Shown here: in pieces, positions 55,506-63,125 of the stretch | Layout: every line of letters begins with the position of its first letter | Numbering within the stretch: position 1 is the first letter of the stretch | Origin: Chthonomonadaceae bacterium | GTDB taxonomy: Bacteria > Armatimonadota > Chthonomonadetes > Chthonomonadales > Chthonomonadaceae | Reading direction: 5' to 3' | Assembly (NCBI GenBank): GCA_035650735.1 | Contig: DASRGZ010000035.1 | Span: 1-63,125, forward strand | Length of the DNA: 63,125 nucleotides | Translations under genes and position numbers: made by a program | The notes under the pieces: model-generated | Databases searched by the model: none | Told to the model about the DNA's origin: nothing | Seen by the model: only the letters and a program-made list of their open reading frames with translations

Positions 55506-57926
55506 CTAGCGCGGCAGAGTCGGCAGCATGAGATAAGAGGCGCGGGCGTCATCGTGGTAGACCGTCTGCTGCGCCGTGACCATCTGCGTGCCGGTGGCGA
55601 GGTCCTCGCCGGTGTTCAGGTTCCGGTCGTAGATCGGGAAGAGCGAGGAGGTGACGATGACGCGAAGGCGATGCCCCTTCTTGAAGACGTTGCCCAGCGC
55701 CCACAGGTCCAGCGTATAGTCGGCGACCTCGCCGGGCTTGAGCAGCGTCGGCTTCTGGAACGACTTGCGGAAGCGCGCCCGGAGAATGCCCTGCACCAGC
55801 TCGATAGATTTGCCGTCGGGATAGACGTCGGTGAGCAGGGCGACCCAGTCCGTGTCTTTGGCCGAGGTAGAGGCGACCAGATGCAGCGAGATTGGCCCGG
55901 CAACGGCGATATCCTCTGTTAACACGTCGGAGGTATAGACCAGTACGTTCGGGTCACGCTCGCCTTTAGAGATGTCGAGCGAGGGCGTCTCCACCCCGCC
56001 CGCCTTCAACGCCTCTTCGATTCCCGGCGAGGTAAAGGGATGGGCCGGGTCGTAGGTGTAGCGGTCGGCGGGTTCTGCGGCGGAGGGCTTTTCCAGAGAC
56101 AGGCGCCCATCCCCCGCACTGGAATTGGCCCTGCCGCCGGAGTGGAAGTACCACTTCGTGAGCCGGGCTTCGCGGGGCGGCCAGGCCGAGAACTTTCGCC
56201 AAGCGTTCGTGCCCATCAGGAAGGCATCTACCGGCGGCTCTTTATCCACGCCGTTTGGAATGCCTTTGAGCCAGCGGTCGAACCAGCGCAGGTAGAGTGT
56301 GTCCAGGTCACGCACGGACTGAGGCCCGAAGTCCAACTCAGCGATCTTGGTGGCCGCATTGACCGCGTGCGACCAGGGGCCATAGATCAGCTTCTGGTGC
56401 TTCTGTCCAGCGGCGACCATCGCGGCGTAGTTACGCTTCGTGCCGATTCCGTCGCCGTCGAACCAGCCGGAGACGTGCAGGGCGGGCAGCGGCGCGAAGG
56501 ACTTCATGCGGGCGTTGAAATTGACCTGATCCCAGTAGGCGTCATTAGTGGAATGTTTCAGCCACTCCTGGAAGAAGGCGATATGATGCCCGAAAAGTTT
56601 CTTGTCTACCTCGGTCAGGGGCAGGGTGCGGAATGGTTCCAGGCTCTCGAACTTCGGCAGCGGGTTCATCCCCTGGCCGTCCACGATGCCCGCCCACCAC
56701 GCCGCCGGGTAGAGGAAAAACGCGCCGAAGGCGTAGGGAACATTGAAAAACGGATCGGGCGGGGAGACAATCGGGATGAGGCACTTGAGGTGATTGCTGC
56801 CTTCCCGCGCCGCCGCCCACTGCACAAAGCCCAGGTACGAGCCGCCGATCATGCCGACATCGCCGTTGGACCAGGGCTGCGCCGCGCACCACTCGACGGT
56901 ATCGTAGCCGTCCTTCGCCTCGTTGACGAACGGCTCCCACTTCCCTTCCGAGTCGAACTTGCCCCGTACATCCTGCGCCACGAAAACGTAGCCGCGCCTG
57001 GCGTAGAAGCCGGCCTCCAACGCCTTCGTGCGGCCATAGGGCGTGCGCTGCAAGATGACGGGGAACTTGCCCGGCGCGTCCGGGCGATAGATGTCGGCGG
57101 CCAGCTTGACGCCGTCGCGCATGGCGATCTTGACTCCCGTCTCCTTCTTGACGTTGTAAGTTGGCTTGGAGAGCCGCGGATCGGCGGGCGTTTCCGGCTT
57201 TGTCAGATCCTGATAGCCGTCGCGCACGGCCACATACCGCTGCGCCGGGACATTCCACATCAAGATGCGTCCGTCGCTGTCGGCCATCAGCTCTATATTG
57301 ATACCCATCAAGGTCAGGAGATAGCGCGAGACCGGGATCTTTTTGCCGGCGACCTGCATGGGCTTTGCGCCGTTGCTAAGGAGCGTGCCTTTGAGGGGAA
57401 TGACGCCTTTTGGCCCGACAGCATCCGTCAGCACCAGATCGAAGGTCTGCGGCCCGCCTTTGCTGAGGTCGTAGGCGGCGAGAAGGCGGGAGAGCAGATG
57501 CGGCCCAAAGTTGCTGAATGGAAGGAGATGCGCTGGCAGGGTGACGTCGGCGGTCAGCAACGTTCTGCCCTCCGCCTTGAGATGTCCTTTCTCTCCATCC
57601 AGGGTCAGCGTGAACTTGCCCGCCGGGCCGGCATCGGTGGCGATCTCGGTTAGCTGCCCCGCTTTGGCCTTGACGGATATATGGGACTTGTTGGTCTGCC
57701 CACCCAGCGAGATAGCGATATCGGCCTCCGAGCCGCCTTCCGCATCGGCGGTGAAAGTATCCATGCCGATGTCTGTTTCCTGAATGGTCAGTAGGAACTT
57801 GCCGGAGTCGGGCTTAATGTCGGCGCGCAGGGCCGGTGGAAAGGCGATCAGCATCCCGACCATTAGGGCCGTGGGACAGAGCGCGCGGCGGAAGTTGCCG
57901 AGAGGGCGCACGGCGGCGTTCAGCAT
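55506..57926 (-). CDS. CocE/NonD-family (S15) serine hydrolase with an extra N-terminal beta domain
   Basis: MRDGVKLAADIYRP, RTPYG, QDVRG, GGSYLG, GWFD and GPWSH motifs; signal peptide. Confidence 0.9.
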   Translation of the reverse strand: MLNAAVRPLGNFRRALCPTALMVGMLIAFPPALRADIKPDSGKFLLTIQETDIGMDTFTADAEGGSEADIAISLGGQTNKSHISVKAKAGQLTEIATDAGPAGKFTLTLDGEKGHLKAEGRTLLTADVTLPAHLLPFSNFGPHLLSRLLAAYDLSKGGPQTFDLVLTDAVGPKGVIPLKGTLLSNGAKPMQVAGKKIPVSRYLLTLMGINIELMADSDGRILMWNVPAQRYVAVRDGYQDLTKPETPADPRLSKPTYNVKKETGVKIAMRDGVKLAADIYRPDAPGKFPVILQRTPYGRTKALEAGFYARRGYVFVAQDVRGKFDSEGKWEPFVNEAKDGYDTVEWCAAQPWSNGDVGMIGGSYLGFVQWAAAREGSNHLKCLIPIVSPPDPFFNVPYAFGAFFLYPAAWWAGIVDGQGMNPLPKFESLEPFRTLPLTEVDKKLFGHHIAFFQEWLKHSTNDAYWDQVNFNARMKSFAPLPALHVSGWFDGDGIGTKRNYAAMVAAGQKHQKLIYGPWSHAVNAATKIAELDFGPQSVRDLDTLYLRWFDRWLKGIPNGVDKEPPVDAFLMGTNAWRKFSAWPPREARLTKWYFHSGGRANSSAGDGRLSLEKPSAAEPADRYTYDPAHPFTSPGIEEALKAGGVETPSLDISKGERDPNVLVYTSDVLTEDIAVAGPISLHLVASTSAKDTDWVALLTDVYPDGKSIELVQGILRARFRKSFQKPTLLKPGEVADYTLDLWALGNVFKKGHRLRVIVTSSLFPIYDRNLNTGEDLATGTQMVTAQQTVYHDDARASYLMLPTLPR

Positions 57927-57942
57927 GGCATGTCTCCTTCTG

Positions 57943-58281
57943 CTACAGCTTGCTCAGATAGCGGAAACTCTCCACAGTAGCCCAGAGCAGGCTGCCCACC
58001 ATGATCAGCGTGCAGAGGAGGACGTAGCCATCTCGTCCCAATCCCAGCAGCCAGGCGATGGGAGCCAGCAGAATCGCCGAGGCGGCGAATCCCATGCCTG
58101 CCAGGAAAAACAGCACGCCCGCGCGGAAGTTGGCGGCGTACCAGATGCGTTCGTTGTGGAGAGTTTTCGGCACCCGGAAGCCGTACCAGGGGTTGGGTTT
58201 GATGCGCCGCTGGATCAGCGGCACGGCCAGGCCGGCCTGCAACAGGCCCATCGCAACGTATAGAATCATCAGCGATAACAT
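57943..58281 (-). CDS. SdpI-family membrane protein
   Basis: IKPNPWYGFRVPKTL..ERIWYAAN..AG; three TM helices; RBS gaggag. Confidence 0.85.
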   Translation of the reverse strand: MLSLMILYVAMGLLQAGLAVPLIQRRIKPNPWYGFRVPKTLHNERIWYAANFRAGVLFFLAGMGFAASAILLAPIAWLLGLGRDGYVLLCTLIMVGSLLWATVESFRYLSKL

Positions 58282-58477
58282 GGCTGTCTCCTCGTAACGC
58301 TTCTCGCGCGATCATCGCACATCCGATGGTTCCTGCTTTCCGGTACGGAAGCCGCAGCGGGCCGGTTTCAGCCATTATGCCCTTTAATCCTCGATAGCGC
58401 CAGGAGGAAGTTCCGTAACTTTTGCCTATTGACAAAGGACGAATTTGCCCATCCAATAATCCTTACCCGGCAAATGG

Positions 58478-58603
58478 AGCGAATTGCAGTAGACGCGCCC
58501 GTTCGGGCGTAGTGGCTTTGTGCTTCGAAAAAGGTCATGCGAACTGTAATGCGCTGAGGCGAAACAAAAGCCGCGCTGCATCCGTCCTTCCTGCAAGGAG
58601 GAC
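58478..58603 (+). ncRNA. candidate structured 5' leader (unassigned)
   Basis: closing stem agcgaattgcagt/actgtaatgcgct around two hairpins, plus a hairpin over the RBS. Confidence 0.4.
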
Positions 58604-58607
58604 ACCA

Positions 58608-58823
58608 ATGGCAACAATTTCCTTCCCCTCTGTTGAAAGACAGCAGCGCGCGGAAGCGTTGCGCCAGATGAGGCAGAGGCTTTATAATCCGCAGGCAGCA
58701 GAAGAGGCGCGGCGGTCGGCCCACGCGACGCCCAATCGGTTTGACGCTCAGGCGTATCTGGAATATGTCACCGACCATCCTGTGTTCTCCAAACTGCACC
58801 TGATTTCCGAGGACGACGAGTAG
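58608..58823 (+). CDS. small hypothetical protein (71 aa)
   Basis: RBS aaggagg; MATISFPSVERQQ... Confidence 0.65.
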   Translation: MATISFPSVERQQRAEALRQMRQRLYNPQAAEEARRSAHATPNRFDAQAYLEYVTDHPVFSKLHLISEDDE

Positions 58824-59078
58824 ACCGCTCGTCGTTTTCATTTTGCCTACTCTCCATGCCCATCTATACCTACGAGAGTCCCAACTCGCTGTCGCGCTTG
58901 GCGAACAAGCTGGTTGTGGTGGATACCTCCTATCTTCAAGACCTATCTGATCCGAGAGTCGCAGACCAATGCGCCGCATATGATCCCGCGATAGATTGAT
59001 CGGGATAGTTCGCAATAAGGCCGATTAGAGCTTGGAATTACTGGATTAGAGCGGCAAAAGTCATTAAGTCTTGCAGCC

Positions 59079-61118
59079 TTAAGGGGTGGGTGGGGCGGGA
59101 TGCAGGGTCAGCCGCAGCAGCACCCAGCCGCCCGCCGGATCGCCGGTTTCGGCCAGGCGGCGAACGGAGAGGTCGGGAGCGGAGTCCAGCTCTGCCTGTA
59201 GTTCCCGGAGGAAGGTGCTGCGCGGAGTAATCACGTCGGCCTCCGGGCGCGCTGGGGTGAGGTAGCGGCGCAGGAAGGGCAGCAGCGGCGTCTCCTTGCG
59301 CTCCAGTGGAGAATATTCGGCATAGTAGAGCATACTTGGCCGGCGCGGAATGATGTTGTAGTAGACGATGAGCTTCCCGGCCTGCGCATCCGTTCGAGCC
59401 ATCGCCGCAAGCCGCTGATAGGGGCCAAGCAGATATCGCTCGGCGACGGCATACCCTTGCGTGCAGCCGATGCCGATCAGGGCGATCATCGTCAGCGCGA
59501 GCGCGCCCACGCCGCGCTGCCGCCATACCGGCGCTCGCTCCCCGCGCACAAAACATCCCCAGGCGAGGACGCAGCCGACAAATAGCACGAGCGCCAGGCC
59601 CTGTGCGGTCTGCGCAACAGGGATCGGGACGCGCGCAGCCTTGCCCAGATGAGTCATCAGGACGAGCGCCGCCAGCAGAAGCCCCGCCGTCACGACCGCC
59701 GCCAGCGCGCCCCGGCGCAACGCCCTGGCATCTCTTTCCGCCCCTCGTGCCGCCACCCATAGCCTGCCGAGCCAGCGGCCCGTAAGCAGCGCGGCGGCGG
59801 GATAGGCCGGAACGATATAAGTCGGCAGCTTGGCCGCGCTCAGCGAAAAGAAGACGAAAATCGTCCAGAACCACACCAGCAGAAAGCGATACACTTCCTG
59901 CTCCTCGCTTCCCTCCACCGTCCGGGCATGCGCCGCCGCCTCCGGCAAGGCAGGGACAGCAGCGTCCGCCTCCTGCGCTGCGCCGTCCCACGGCCCGGCC
60001 TCCGTGTCTGCGCGGCCTGCCCGTTTTTTCCGCCCAAAGCGAAAGGCAGCTGGCGCAAAGCAGGCCCAGGGAAAGAAGCCGATCAGGAAGTAGAGAAAGT
60101 AGGTCGGCAGCGGCATATTATGGACGGCGTCTCCGCCTCGGAATCGCCCGATATGCTGCCGGACAATATACTCCTGAAGGAAGGTATGCCCCTGCGCGTC
60201 CCGTCCTCCGACCCGCCAGGCAAAGTAGTGCCACGGCACAGCCAGAGCCAGAAAGAGCAGCAGGCCCCCAAGGGGCCGCAGCTTGCGAAGGTGCGGCCAC
60301 CATTCTGCCGGGCGATGCAGCCGCAGTTGAAACAGTCCGACCAGCCCGCGCCGCCGGCTCCGACGCAGCCGCACCGCCAGTCGATCCAGCGCCAGGAACA
60401 CGCCGATCACTAGCAGCGGCAGCAGCAGACCGACGGCGCCTTTGGTCAGCACCGCCAGCGCGCACATCGCCCAGAACAGCATGGCATACAGCCACGATGC
60501 CTGCGGTCGGGCCGCGTTACGGCAGTTCCAGAAGGCCAGCAGCGCCACGGTGAACCAGAGCACCAGCAGGCTGTCGGTGGTCATCTGGCGGGCGTCCAGG
60601 ACGGTCATAGGCGCCGTGGCGTAGACAAGACCCGCCAGCAACCCGGCGCGGCGTCCGAACCAGCGCGTCCCGGCCCATGCCACCGCCCAGGTTGCCAGCA
60701 GCGAGGCCAGAGCGGCAGGCAGGCGCGCGGCCCACTCGCTCAGTCCCAGGAGGCGCATGGAGCCGGCGGAGAGCCAGTAGATCAGGATCGGCTTCTCAAA
60801 AAAGGGGACGGTAGTTTCCTCGGGACGGTCCGCCGGACGCGAGTTTAAGCGGGGCGTCACGATGTCGCCCGATATTGCCATTTGCCGCGCCGCGGCCACA
60901 TATACGCCTTCATCCAGGTCGAAGAGGGGGATATTGCCCAGCCGCCAGAAGAACAGAAACAGACAGATCAAGAGCAGGCCCAGGCAGGCGATGCGGTAGG
61001 CTCCCGACCGCACGCCGGAGATGGGCTTCTGGAGCTGCGCGGAGTCAATAGGCGGCGCCTCCGCGCGTGGCGGAACCGTAGTGAGCGGCTCGGAGGAGGA
61101 TGAATGCGGCTGTTTCAT
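59079..61118 (-). CDS. ArnT/PMT-like GT-C membrane glycosyltransferase
   Basis: LFDLDEGVY, FFEKPILIYW, ARLP, LTKG and KLPTYIVP motifs; multiple TM helices. Confidence 0.9.
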   Translation of the reverse strand: MKQPHSSSSEPLTTVPPRAEAPPIDSAQLQKPISGVRSGAYRIACLGLLLICLFLFFWRLGNIPLFDLDEGVYVAAARQMAISGDIVTPRLNSRPADRPEETTVPFFEKPILIYWLSAGSMRLLGLSEWAARLPAALASLLATWAVAWAGTRWFGRRAGLLAGLVYATAPMTVLDARQMTTDSLLVLWFTVALLAFWNCRNAARPQASWLYAMLFWAMCALAVLTKGAVGLLLPLLVIGVFLALDRLAVRLRRSRRRGLVGLFQLRLHRPAEWWPHLRKLRPLGGLLLFLALAVPWHYFAWRVGGRDAQGHTFLQEYIVRQHIGRFRGGDAVHNMPLPTYFLYFLIGFFPWACFAPAAFRFGRKKRAGRADTEAGPWDGAAQEADAAVPALPEAAAHARTVEGSEEQEVYRFLLVWFWTIFVFFSLSAAKLPTYIVPAYPAAALLTGRWLGRLWVAARGAERDARALRRGALAAVVTAGLLLAALVLMTHLGKAARVPIPVAQTAQGLALVLFVGCVLAWGCFVRGERAPVWRQRGVGALALTMIALIGIGCTQGYAVAERYLLGPYQRLAAMARTDAQAGKLIVYYNIIPRRPSMLYYAEYSPLERKETPLLPFLRRYLTPARPEADVITPRSTFLRELQAELDSAPDLSVRRLAETGDPAGGWVLLRLTLHPAPPTP

Positions 61119-61409
61119 GACGAATAACCACGGAGCGCCTCCGCGTTACGCGGTTATTCGTTGGGGAGGGCGGCGTTTCCTGCTGCCCTGGAACCGGTCC
61201 CAGGGTCCTTCCGTTTCCCGGCACGGATCGGAGGTTTTCAACCCCCGGCTCTAGGGCCTGCGGCCAAGCGTCCTGGCGGACGCCTAAAACGCAAAAGCAC
61301 CGAGAATGGAAGGACCCTGGAACCGTCCAAAGCGTGCGGCCCACGCGGACTTTGCCCGCGTGGGCCGCATTCCCCGCTTCATGGCGTGGAGATGACTCGC
61401 CCGTTACCC

Positions 61410-61619
61410 CTACATCCGCCGCAGCCGCTCGCGCAACTCCGGCAGAAGAACCGACGGAGACGGCTGGCGATAGATAACGGTTCCATCCGGGGCAAAGGTG
61501 CGCTCGGCATGCCTATCCAGATAGCGCAGCACATAGCCGGGAACGGAGATCGAAACAGGTGCCAACATCGCGCGGAATTCCAGCAATACCGACACTTGCT
61601 GTTCAAAGGCGTACATCAC
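61410..61619 (-). CDS. small hypothetical protein
   Basis: RBS gggagg before GTG-ATG; two ECF-like promoters upstream. Confidence 0.6.
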   Translation of the reverse strand: MMYAFEQQVSVLLEFRAMLAPVSISVPGYVLRYLDRHAERTFAPDGTVIYRQPSPSVLLPELRERLRRM

Positions 61620-61713
61620 GTTCCTCCCTCTTGCAACCCAAAAAGGCTCTCAATCGCTCTCTTGGAGCGCCTGTCCTGCTGCCGCATAATTTAGTTCAGA
61701 ATCCATGAAATAG

Positions 61714-61789
61714 GACGCAGCTACTCTACAACTTGTTGGCCGATGTGATACCTGCAAAGACTTAGACGCAAGCGGCGGGTCTTGGTTTA
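61714..61789 (-). promoter_or_regulatory. two tandem ECF-like promoters
   Basis: TAAAC-N16-CGTC (61765-61789) and CCAAC-N17-CGTC (61714-61739). Confidence 0.4.
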
Positions 61790-62151
61790 CGTTTTTTTCG
61801 GCCTTTCCTAAACAGAGTCCCGGCGCGGATTATAAGATAGTGCATTCCCCGGTTGGAGCACATTATTTTTTCCGGCCTTCTCTAAATAGACTCCCGCCGC
61901 AGCCTCAGAATCGGAAACACAACACCATGTATTTTTACCTGGAGCGCCTCCGCTTGTTCCTAACGACGAGTCACTTTGCCCTCTCGTGACAGGTCCCAGG
62001 GCCGAGATAGCGGCCCTCCTTTGGGCCGAGAGGCGCCAGGCTGGGCCGGCAAAAAGGCGGCGTTCCGTTGTAAAGGTGGGGTTTTCTGTGATAGAATGGA
62101 GAAGTAAATTGCGTGTCGTCTAACCGCAGCACGGGAAACGAGGGTGGGAAG

Positions 62152-62922
62152 ATGCCATACGACGCCTGGCGTCACAACCGAATAGACGTCAAGCCTGCCG
62201 CCTGCCGACAGAGCCATCGCTCCGCCCTGACTCTGATAGAAGTGCTCGTCGCTCTGGCGGTGCTGGCTCTTCTGGCCGCGCTCCTGCTGCCGGTTTTCGC
62301 ACGGGCGCGCGCCTCCTCTCGGCGCTCTGCCTGCCTGAGCCAGATGCACCAGACCGCCCTCGCCGTGATGCTCTACGCCCAGGACTATGACACCGGCTAC
62401 CCGACCGTCTTTGCCGATCCGCTCAGCGCCGGATTGGACGATAACTTTCGCTACTGGCATGACCACTTCTGCCGCGCGACCCCCCTGCAGCCCGGCCAGA
62501 TAACCTGGGTTTCGCTGGTCTCCTCCTATGCCGCCCGGCTGTCCCAGCAGAAGGCCAGTGGCGCGCCGTCAGACCTCTTCCTTAACTTGTTCCACTGCCC
62601 GGCAGACAAGCACCCGGAATTGCGACCCGTTACGTCCTATGAGTTTAAGCTGTGGCTGGCCGAAAACCGCCGGGAAGCGGATGTCTATTCGCCGCCCGAA
62701 ATGCTGATGGTCTGGGAGCAGTGGGCATTCCACACGGACGAAATGCTCTCCGAGTATGATCGCCGCGCCCAGATGAACGGGGTTTTTGTAGATGGGCACG
62801 CAGCCTGGATTCGCCTGGAGGATACGACCTCGGCCCGCTTCGGCTCCGGTCCCGACTTGCACGGTGATTTTCCGGGCGTCGGCACAGGGCAGAGCTTCCG
62901 GGGCGCCGATGTCCTTCCCTAG
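62152..62922 (+). CDS. prepilin-type N-terminal / H-X9-DG (DUF1559-like) protein
   Basis: ALTLIEVLVALAVLALLAALLLPVFARAR..CLS..MLYAQDYD; CPAD; NGVFVDGHA. Confidence 0.88.
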   Translation: MPYDAWRHNRIDVKPAACRQSHRSALTLIEVLVALAVLALLAALLLPVFARARASSRRSACLSQMHQTALAVMLYAQDYDTGYPTVFADPLSAGLDDNFRYWHDHFCRATPLQPGQITWVSLVSSYAARLSQQKASGAPSDLFLNLFHCPADKHPELRPVTSYEFKLWLAENRREADVYSPPEMLMVWEQWAFHTDEMLSEYDRRAQMNGVFVDGHAAWIRLEDTTSARFGSGPDLHGDFPGVGTGQSFRGADVLP

Positions 62923-62938
62923 CCTTCCGGAACAGCCA

Positions 62939-63118
62939 CCTCACCCCCTGCCCCTCTCCTTACGAAGGAGAGGGGAGAGCAGAAGTCGGGTCCCCCCCTT
63001 CCCTGTGAGCGAAGCGAACGCAGTAGGGCCGTAAGGTGTCGCAAGGCGGAGGGCCGAATTATTGCAGGCCCGACCCTGGCAGTGACCCGAACCATTGTAG
63101 CGCCGACCCTGGCAGTGG
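62939..63118. repeat. stack of CCCTCTCC palindrome and GCCGACCCTGGCA REP-like units
   Basis: closely resembles 46066-46330. Confidence 0.7.
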
Positions 63119-63125
63119 GGAACGG

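Noticed and set aside
58550..58566. hammerhead ribozyme core (CTGA..GAAA)
   Set aside because: reads CTGAGGC-GAAA with no stem II
58830..59040. lower-GC stretch and the 215-aa ORF 58368-59015
   Set aside because: overlaps a better-supported gene on the other strand and has no recognisable motif; may be a gene remnant but cannot be assigned
61792..61900. possible mini CRISPR array (35-bp repeat, spacer of about 38 bp)
   Set aside because: only two divergent copies, no palindrome, and no cas genes in the window

Overview
GC-rich bacterial chromosomal segment. The lineage is probably Armatimonadota (Chthonomonas-like), inferred from the prepilin/H-X9-DG (DUF1559-type) gene, a DUF1501 gene and the repeat types. 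Housekeeping and metabolic genes include tyrS, purH with a clear ZMP/ZTP riboswitch, tpx, kduD, nagA, a DinG-type helicase, an isolated nuoB-nuoI pair, a fused E1 alpha/beta 2-oxoacid dehydrogenase, an acyl-CoA dehydrogenase, GH65, CocE/NonD, an ArnT-like transferase and tRNA-Pro(CGG). These are mixed with toxin-antitoxin relics, several genes hollowed out by deletion, and at least five families of palindromic MITE/REP-like repeats. Main points of interest: (1) two paralogous, uncharacterised outer-membrane beta-barrel-like proteins with a SprA-like N-terminal motif, near ECF-type promoters and anti-sigma/STAS genes; (2) a diheme PSD1-like protein with nested, circularly permuted PKD and golvesin-like domains, upstream of a Tat-signal DUF1501 gene; (3) a VanW-glycosyltransferase gene enclosed by composite terminal inverted repeats; (4) several unassigned structured RNAs (a promoter-to-terminator sRNA at about 25.8 kb, a switch-like leader at 58.5 kb, and a 31-bp perfect hairpin at 32.8 kb); (5) an Rpn relic that keeps its intragenic antitoxin start. 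All family calls come from motif recognition by eye; no searches were run.
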